This document shows, in pieces, positions 47,924 through 54,246 of a stretch of DNA of 54,246 bases. The notes under the pieces are model-generated. The model ran no database searches, was not told where the DNA came from, and was given only the letters and a program-made list of their open reading frames with translations. The stretch comes from a virus (taxonomy: Duplodnaviria; Caudoviricetes). The position numbers were made by a program, and so were the translations under genes. Location: the IMG/VR virus record IMGVR_UViG_3300025137_000048, positions 1 to 54,246 of that record; one strand, 5' to 3'. Position 1 is the first letter of the stretch. Every line of letters begins with the position of its first letter.

Positions 47924-50900
47924 TCATCTTGTAGTATTAATTTGAGCAGGTATAGCATATCTTGTACCTAGTCTCGTATTAAAGTCTCCTATTTGATTTA
48001 ACTCTCCGTCAAGTGAAGTATCACCTGTACCGGTTAATCTTATACTATTTATCCGTGGAATAGTAGCGGCATTTGAATCCATAGTAAGTTGTCCATCTCT
48101 ATTATCAGGTTCTCGTTTTATTTGTCCATTAAATAATACATCTTCTAATACTAGATCATCGCCTGCGTTTGTAGATGAACCATCTGTTCCATCTAATAGA
48201 AATCTATCTGGTACATGACTAAATGCACCAAAGATAAACTTACCTATACTGTCCATTCTTGCACCTGCATAGACAAACCCTTGATTTATATTGGTTGTTC
48301 TAAAACTTGTTTCTCTATCGTCACCTGTTTGTATAGTAATATCTTGATTTAAAGTAACGTCTCTAGTGTTAGTAGTAAACGAAACGTCTCTTTCAATACC
48401 TAAAGCAGGACTTGCTCTTAATGATGTACCATCAGTTGTTGTACCTAATCGTCTACCTACCTTCTCACCAAAGATAATTCTAAATGCTTCTATAATCTCA
48501 TCTTGTTCAATACCCGCTGTAATTGTTCTACCTGATTTTAATTTATTATCAAGTCTTGAAGCAATACTAACTTCACCTGCAACATAAAAACCTGCAGGAT
48601 GAACAGAAGCCTTAAGATACTCTCTCCAGTCTGTAATGGATTCACCTACTTTTACAACATATGAATAATCTTGATAGTATAAACTATCTTGTATTTTTTT
48701 AGTTGTTTCAGAAACTTGACCTCTAACTCCAGTGTATGCACCGTCAGTTTCAATAACAGTTCCTGCAGTAGTTGACATACTTGCTTGATCAGCATTTCTT
48801 ACTCTTGCTGTTTCAGTTGAACTTGCACCAGTAATTGTAACCTTATCATCAAAGGTACCTGTTGATCCTGTAACTGATAAAATATTTGTATCACCATCGA
48901 AACTTTCAATAGTTGCTGATACAGTATTAGTTGTTTCATCTTGTAATCTACTTTCAGTAGAACCATTGTGTGTAACAATAAGATAATCTACCTCATCTGA
49001 ATTAATTAATTCTGTACCAACAAAACGTTCATTTGATTCAGACCTAATAAAACTAATTTGATTTCCTCTACGAACAGCAGGTTCTGCTTCATTTTCAAAT
49101 TCTATTATACCTCTAGTATCATCTTCTAATTCTATTCCACCATCATTATCTTCTAATCTAAAAACAGAACTTCTAAAATCTTCTAACAATAAAGGAAAAT
49201 CATTTTCAACAAAACTTTCTAATTGAATGTTGTCTTCATTTGTTGCAGACACAGTTTCACCTATAGTAAATGTTCCTGATAGTGTATCAACCTGCATGTG
49301 TAATTTAGGATTCAATGTTGGTCCTTGTTCATATCTAAAACCATGATCAAGAACTCTTACATCTAATACATTACCAACATTACTTGATACAGGAAATACA
49401 GTAGCACTTGAACCAGAACTTGAAGTTACACCAACAGTTGGTAGTGAAAGATAACCTCCACCTTTATTTGTAATTTTAATTTTTGTTATATCATTTGAAC
49501 TTGAATTGGTTGCAGCTTCCATAACTAATTGTTCACTAATATTTTCTTCTAATGCAATAACACCATTTTCTAAACTATCTTGTTCTAAAGTAAATCCACC
49601 ATTGACAACAGCAACCTCACCTGCAAGACCTGTACCATGAGTAGGGTTTGTAACAGTTAATGCGTCACCTACTGCATAACCTGACCCACCACTTTCAACA
49701 ATAATACTTTCTATATCACCATATGATATATCTTCTATCTGTGGTGTTAAACCAACACCACCACTTTGATTATCAACAGGAACAGTTTCACCAACTGAAT
49801 AATATCTTCCTCTATCTGTGGTATCTACAATAACATCATCAGCAACACTTTCAATATTACATGTAATCGTTACATCTTCATCATCATTGGCAGTACCAGT
49901 AAGTGTAGAAAAAGTTTGTTGTAAAATTTTATTACCATCTTCATCTATAATATCATCACCATCTGTTTCATCTATGATAGAATGACCTAAACTATTTTGA
50001 AAAGTTCCAGTAATAGAATTTTTATTTAATACTAATGTTGCAACATCTTTCTGTACAAGACCTAAAGTTGTTTTTGCTACAGTTGCAGATTCCACAACAG
50101 CACTCGCAAGATTAACAACGGTATTACCAGCAATATTTGCTTGTGTAATTTCTTGTCCAGTAAGTTTAGACATATCACCATTTGAGGGTGATACTAAAGT
50201 TACTTTTAAAATTTTTTGTGTTTCAAAATTACCATCTGAAATACGAAGCATATCCACAGTAGGATAATAAATGTCAGGTGTCTCATTAAACAATGCACGG
50301 AAAAATATCTCATGACCTTTCTTCGTACCTTTACGTTTATATAATGATAAAATATTTTTTGTAAGTTGTCTTTTATTTAAACCACTTGTTAAATCATTAG
50401 GTATGGTTTGTAAAAAACTATTTCTAAATTGTATAAAGAAATCATCTAAGGTATCATTCACATCAGCATACTCAAGGAGTTGTGATATAGTTTCGTTAGG
50501 GTTTGCCCTATACTTTGATATCACACCTTGAGCACCTGACGTGCCACCTGTAACTGTCTCTCCTGTTACAAACTTTGAATTTGCAGATATATATAATTTT
50601 AAATTGTCCGTATCTTCAGCAAGTATTGTTGCTGTTTCACCAGAGGTCTGTCCAGTAATAATTTCGTTTTTACTAAACTCACCTATTGAACCTTCTTCAT
50701 CCAAAATATAATCATCAGCATTATTACCACTATCGTCTGTGGCATTTAATGAAAGAAAATTTATATTACTAGCAGTTGATGTTTCTAAAATTATTTGATC
50801 ACTTGCTGTTACACTAGATAGTGTAATCTGAGCTGAATCTAAAAAACGATAATACTGTTTAACGAACTCAACCAGTAATGGATTGTTCGCTTGTATATGT

Positions 50901-50953
50901 TGCGGAAACTGCCTGCCTACTAGAGGACTTAATTTTTTTGTAAACTTTGCCAT
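47924..50953 (-). CDS. gp7: Baseplate wedge initiator (gp7-like)
   Basis: FVKQYY, KNILSLYKRKGTKKGHEIFFRALF and IQDSLYYQDYSYVVK...VHPAGF; lies between gp6 and gp8. Confidence 0.8.
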   Translation of the reverse strand: MAKFTKKLSPLVGRQFPQHIQANNPLLVEFVKQYYRFLDSAQITLSSVTASDQIILETSTASNINFLSLNATDDSGNNADDYILDEEGSIGEFSKNEIITGQTSGETATILAEDTDNLKLYISANSKFVTGETVTGGTSGAQGVISKYRANPNETISQLLEYADVNDTLDDFFIQFRNSFLQTIPNDLTSGLNKRQLTKNILSLYKRKGTKKGHEIFFRALFNETPDIYYPTVDMLRISDGNFETQKILKVTLVSPSNGDMSKLTGQEITQANIAGNTVVNLASAVVESATVAKTTLGLVQKDVATLVLNKNSITGTFQNSLGHSIIDETDGDDIIDEDGNKILQQTFSTLTGTANDDEDVTITCNIESVADDVIVDTTDRGRYYSVGETVPVDNQSGGVGLTPQIEDISYGDIESIIVESGGSGYAVGDALTVTNPTHGTGLAGEVAVVNGGFTLEQDSLENGVIALEENISEQLVMEAATNSSSNDITKIKITNKGGGYLSLPTVGVTSSSGSSATVFPVSSNVGNVLDVRVLDHGFRYEQGPTLNPKLHMQVDTLSGTFTIGETVSATNEDNIQLESFVENDFPLLLEDFRSSVFRLEDNDGGIELEDDTRGIIEFENEAEPAVRRGNQISFIRSESNERFVGTELINSDEVDYLIVTHNGSTESRLQDETTNTVSATIESFDGDTNILSVTGSTGTFDDKVTITGASSTETARVRNADQASMSTTAGTVIETDGAYTGVRGQVSETTKKIQDSLYYQDYSYVVKVGESITDWREYLKASVHPAGFYVAGEVSIASRLDNKLKSGRTITAGIEQDEIIEAFRIIFGEKVGRRLGTTTDGTSLRASPALGIERDVSFTTNTRDVTLNQDITIQTGDDRETSFRTTNINQGFVYAGARMDSIGKFIFGAFSHVPDRFLLDGTDGSSTNAGDDLVLEDVLFNGQIKREPDNRDGQLTMDSNAATIPRINSIRLTGTGDTSLDGELNQIGDFNTRLGTRYAIPAQINTTR

Positions 50954-50956
50954 AGA

Positions 50957-52807
50957 TTACGAAGCATAACTTGTTGCTGATGTATAACCAATACCTGATG
51001 TTGTTTCATATGTATCAGCAGATACAGTAACAGTTGTATTGGCTTCATCAATTTCTAAAACTTGATTTCTTACAGGTATAACATCCACTGAACTAGGTAT
51101 AACAGTTAACCTAACAGCAGTTGATGTAGCACCATCTACGTTTGAAATGCTTGTGATGTTTAAAGAATTTATTGTAATCACACCAGTTGAATAATTGATT
51201 GTACCTTGAGAACTGTTTGAGTATGTTCTTGTGGTACCAACAAGATAATACAATCTTACATTACCTGCACCATCTTCATCTAAAAAATATTCGTTGGTAG
51301 CGTCACCACTAATTTTAAATCCTGATGATGTTAATACACCACCACCACTTGCATTATGTCCTGAATGTGGATTATATAAAGCATTATTGAAACCTATTGT
51401 ATAAGTTGTAGAACCTGTTGTTACAGCTGTAAATGATTTGTGTAATTTAACAGTAGTAATATTTGATAGTATGGAATCATCAACTTTGTTTATTGTTTCA
51501 ATAAATTTAGAATGTCTGAATATACTATCAAACTCTTGTAAATTGTTTACGTTAAAACTTGTTATTGCTGATGTAATTAATGCCTTAATGCTGTCAGTTG
51601 TTTTTGTAGTTGACTTTGCGTCATATTTAACATTTACATTTAATTGTGCTGATGTTGTTTCTGGATCTTCTATGATTGGAGTAATACTTGCTACATTAAA
51701 TTCTTTTAATTGATTTATGATATCTGTTTTTTTTGCTTCAGTTAATGTTGCACCGGCAACAGGTTTAATTGAAATATAAACTCTACCATAAAAAGGTGTA
51801 GCATTATCTTCTCCTCCCCAAACGGAAACAGATTTTGCATTTGCATAAATTGATTTTACTCTACTCTTATAGTCGTTTGGTGTTACTGCTCTATTTTGTG
51901 CAGCATATTGTCTTGGTGCATTGAAACGAATACTATCTGGTGTTTCTGGTTGAGCACCGTTGGCAGAATTGGTAGCAGTAGATAAAGAAATATTAGTAAA
52001 GCCTCCAATGTTTCCTGACAAGCTAAATAAACTTGCACCATTACTTTCTTCAGCATTTGTAACAACATATGATAATGTCACAATGTTACCAGTTGATAAC
52101 GCAGCACCAAGTATACCATCTCCAAACTTAATTTCATATTGTTGATCTTCAGCACCTTCAAGATAATAAACTTTAGATGTTGATGTAATATCTGCTAAGT
52201 CTGTTGATAATGTATATGTACTTGATGTAGTATCACTTGAACTATTTTGTACTGTAACTTTTAACGTGGTTGTATCTGCTAAATTATTTTTAATTAAAAA
52301 TCTTTGATCAGCATTTGCTGTATCTGCGGTATAGGTATTGTTAACCAATGTTCCTTCGTAGATAGGTAAATTAGAAAAAGTATAAACACCGTCTGTTGGT
52401 GTAATTGTTGTAGCGTCTTTAACAATATAATTGTAAGTAACATTATCAACGGATGTTGTAAAAGTTGTTCCTCGAGCAGCAGTTAGTGTTGAACCTGTTG
52501 CATTATTAACTGTAATGTTTAAATATGCTACAGGTGCTGTTGCACTTCTTGGTGTGTATCCAACATGTTTGGCATGAGAGACAATACTGTTTCGTAAATC
52601 AGCACTATCTAAAAACATTTCATTAGCAAGAACGTTTGCATACACAGCATTGTAATGTGTATTGTATGCTAGAACATCTAACAAGGTTGCCATAGTTGAA
52701 CCATCAAAATCGTAGTCTGTTAATTGATCTTGCTGTCGTAAAAAATTTTTTAAATTGCCTTTGATAGTATCAAAGTCTAAATCTGTGACTGATAATTTTT
52801 TTGCCAT
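50957..52807 (-). CDS. gp6: Baseplate wedge subunit
   Basis: LDFDTIKGNLK, DYDFDGS...LLDVLAYNTHY, IKFGDGILG, QNRAVTPNDY and VWGGED motifs. Confidence 0.95.
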   Translation of the reverse strand: MAKKLSVTDLDFDTIKGNLKNFLRQQDQLTDYDFDGSTMATLLDVLAYNTHYNAVYANVLANEMFLDSADLRNSIVSHAKHVGYTPRSATAPVAYLNITVNNATGSTLTAARGTTFTTSVDNVTYNYIVKDATTITPTDGVYTFSNLPIYEGTLVNNTYTADTANADQRFLIKNNLADTTTLKVTVQNSSSDTTSSTYTLSTDLADITSTSKVYYLEGAEDQQYEIKFGDGILGAALSTGNIVTLSYVVTNAEESNGASLFSLSGNIGGFTNISLSTATNSANGAQPETPDSIRFNAPRQYAAQNRAVTPNDYKSRVKSIYANAKSVSVWGGEDNATPFYGRVYISIKPVAGATLTEAKKTDIINQLKEFNVASITPIIEDPETTSAQLNVNVKYDAKSTTKTTDSIKALITSAITSFNVNNLQEFDSIFRHSKFIETINKVDDSILSNITTVKLHKSFTAVTTGSTTYTIGFNNALYNPHSGHNASGGGVLTSSGFKISGDATNEYFLDEDGAGNVRLYYLVGTTRTYSNSSQGTINYSTGVITINSLNITSISNVDGATSTAVRLTVIPSSVDVIPVRNQVLEIDEANTTVTVSADTYETTSGIGYTSATSYAS

Positions 52808-53250
52808 TATCTACTTCTTTCTAACATTGTGGTTATAGTAACTAATTCGCCGGGAACATTAACAACGTAAAAAGCAATTGTAACTTCATAGGCATTTTGA
52901 TCTAACATTGCTTTTGCATTAACAGATACAAGTCTAGCACGAGGTTCAAAATTTTCTATACATTCTGCGATTGTTCTTTGTAATACATTAGCGATAATAG
53001 GATTCATAGGTTCAAACAACATTGCCGTCACACTAGAACCTATTTCAGGATGAAAAGGTCTCTCATAATGATTTGTCAATATGAGATTTTTTACAGATTG
53101 TTTTACTGCGTCAACATCTTTTTTGATGATTACATCTTTAGTTGCTGCATTCCTTTCAAAAGATAATGCGATATCTTTATATAAACGTACTGATCTATTA
53201 CTTGCGTTAGTACGAGAAGCGTCTGAGTATCCTGATTGAATTATTGCCAT
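52807..53250 (-). CDS. gp25: Baseplate wedge / sheath initiator
   Basis: AVKQSVKNLILTNHYERPFHPEIGS, FEP and IENFEPR motifs. Confidence 0.95.
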   Translation of the reverse strand: MAIIQSGYSDASRTNASNRSVRLYKDIALSFERNAATKDVIIKKDVDAVKQSVKNLILTNHYERPFHPEIGSSVTAMLFEPMNPIIANVLQRTIAECIENFEPRARLVSVNAKAMLDQNAYEVTIAFYVVNVPGELVTITTMLERSR

Positions 53251-53256
53251 GTTAAC

Positions 53257-53263
53257 TATTTAT
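53257..53263 (-). promoter_or_regulatory. Late promoter (ATAAATA) for gp25, possibly leaderless
   Basis: ATAAATA-GTTAAC-ATG. Confidence 0.65.
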
Positions 53264-53267
53264 CAAG

Positions 53268-53561
53268 TTACCCTGCAAAAACATTAGAAGAACCTGAGGC
53301 TGATGAATTAGGTACCCAAGACCCATGACCACCAGTTCCGTCACCTTTTCTATGTACACCTATACCATTTACAAATACAGTAGATGAACCACCTGTTGCA
53401 GGATCACCACATGATGTAGTGTCACCTATACGAACAGTTTTAGCACCATTTGTAAAAACGTCTGGTGAACCAGTAGCATATGCTGTTTGATGAAAAGGAT
53501 TAGGAGTAGGACTTGCATGACCTACATGACTATCTAATCCAACTCTAGTAACAGCAGGCAT
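53268..53561 (-). CDS. PAAR spike-tip protein (gp5.4-like)
   Basis: 97 aa with three PAAR-like repeats (PAVTRVG, TVRIGD, VHRKGD) and GS..VF(T/V)NG segments. Confidence 0.9.
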   Translation of the reverse strand: MPAVTRVGLDSHVGHASPTPNPFHQTAYATGSPDVFTNGAKTVRIGDTTSCGDPATGGSSTVFVNGIGVHRKGDGTGGHGSWVPNSSASGSSNVFAG

Positions 53562-53695
53562 TACCCTTGTCCTACACTTCTTTTGTGTTGTCTTCTCTTA
53601 TGTTTATTCTTAGGTCTTGATCTAGAACTATCTCCAATAGACGTTCTTTTCTTTGGACCTCTAGCATATGATACTATATTAATACCCTTAGCCAT
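53561..53695 (-). CDS. Small Arg/Lys-rich protein (44 aa)
   Basis: Read manually: MAKGINIVSYARGPKKRTSIGDSSRSRPKNKHKRRQHKRSVGQG; TAATG-coupled to both neighbours. Confidence 0.75.
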   Translation of the reverse strand: MAKGINIVSYARGPKKRTSIGDSSRSRPKNKHKRRQHKRSVGQG

Positions 53696-53790
53696 TATAC
53701 ATCATGCTCACAATTTGCACATTCACATGATTGACAAGAACCACCACTTGAACAATGACAGCCGTGTCCACAATTTTTACATGTTCCCAT
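53695..53790 (-). CDS. Metallothionein-like peptide (31 aa, 8 Cys, 3 His)
   Basis: Read manually: MGTCKNCGHGCHCSSGGSCQSCECANCEHDV; ATG directly follows the upstream TAA, with AAGGA upstream, and its stop overlaps the next ATG. Confidence 0.7.
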   Translation of the reverse strand: MGTCKNCGHGCHCSSGGSCQSCECANCEHDV

Positions 53791-53940
53791 TTACTTTTCC
53801 TTTTTTTTAGTAGTCTTCTTTTTTTTCTTGACTACTTTTTTCTTAGTTGTTTTCTTTTTTATTGTCTTATTGGGTCCAGCAGGATAATGTGTGTTTAACC
53901 CTTTACCCCAATTCTCCCATAATTTACTTAAAAATCCCAT
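53791..53940 (-). CDS. Small Lys-rich protein (49 aa)
   Basis: Read manually: MGFLSKLWENWGKGLNTHYPAGPNKTIKKKTTKKKVVKKKKKTTKKKEK; GGAG RBS. Confidence 0.7.
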   Translation of the reverse strand: MGFLSKLWENWGKGLNTHYPAGPNKTIKKKTTKKKVVKKKKKTTKKKEK

Positions 53941-53960
53941 AAAATCTCCATCTCATATGC

Positions 53961-53975
53961 GAACAAACCCAGAAC
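53961..53975. promoter_or_regulatory. Candidate alphaproteobacterial LexA box (GAAC-N7-GAAC)
   Basis: GAACAAACCCAGAAC in the intergenic region. Confidence 0.45.
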
Positions 53976-54055
53976 ATAGTTGGTCAAGATTGTCGCACCC
54001 TTGTTAAACCATTGAAAAATAACACTTTTAATTTTCAATTAATACCAAATAAACC

Positions 54056-54084
54056 TTGACTTTCAAGAGTTATCCGTGTATTAT
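54056..54084 (+). promoter_or_regulatory. Sigma70-type (early) promoter
   Basis: TTGACT-17 nt-TATTAT with an AT-rich upstream tract; AAAGGA RBS and ATG at 54113 follow. Confidence 0.75.
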
Positions 54085-54085
54085 A

Positions 54086-54093
54086 TATTTATA
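54086..54093 (-). promoter_or_regulatory. T4 late promoter (TATAAATA) for the small-ORF/PAAR operon
   Basis: Exact consensus, but in very AT-rich DNA and about 145 nt from the first ATG. Confidence 0.55.
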
Positions 54094-54112
54094 TTAACAA
54101 AAAGGAAACATT

Positions 54113-54246
54113 ATGAATATAACTAAACTTGAAAATAACATGACTAAACAAAACCTTTATGAGACTTATAAGTCTCTTAATTCTACTAACGAAAGATTAG
54201 AGTTTATCTCTATCATGAAAAACTGTTACTCTAAAGTCTTTGACAT
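54113..54246 (+). CDS. Hypothetical early protein (partial)
   Basis: MNITKLENNMTKQNLYETYKSLNSTNERLEFISIMKNCYSKVFD..., open to the window end. Confidence 0.65.
   Translation, partial: MNITKLENNMTKQNLYETYKSLNSTNERLEFISIMKNCYSKVFD

Noticed and set aside
53583-53810. 75-aa plus-strand ORF in the track
   Set aside because: It is antisense to three coupled minus-strand micro-ORFs with better RBS and coupling support.
1-54246. tRNA, rRNA, introns or photosynthesis genes
   Set aside because: None recognised; intergenic gaps are mostly too short and the core genes are uninterrupted.

Overview
This AT-rich window is the virion morphogenesis region of a marine-type T4-like myovirus; a SAR11/alphaproteobacterial host is inferred, not shown. 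Almost all genes are on the minus strand, under repeated ATAAATA late-promoter boxes. In transcription order it holds: three small ORFs missing from the ORF track (Lys-rich, metallothionein-like, Arg/Lys-rich); PAAR, gp25, gp6, gp7-like and gp8; a VrlC-like protein that appears split by a Hint domain plus a GNAT-like gene; several small fibre/virion genes; six paralogous glycine-rich fibre/adhesin genes with mosaic identical DNA blocks; nine 2OG-Fe(II) oxygenases with an adrenodoxin-type ferredoxin, preceded by a duplicated hairpin leader; a repeat-rich fibre; and the core gp13-gp23 block, with gp23 truncated at the window edge. A sigma70-type promoter and a partial plus-strand ORF begin at the right end. 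All family assignments come from recognising motifs by eye; no database search was run.
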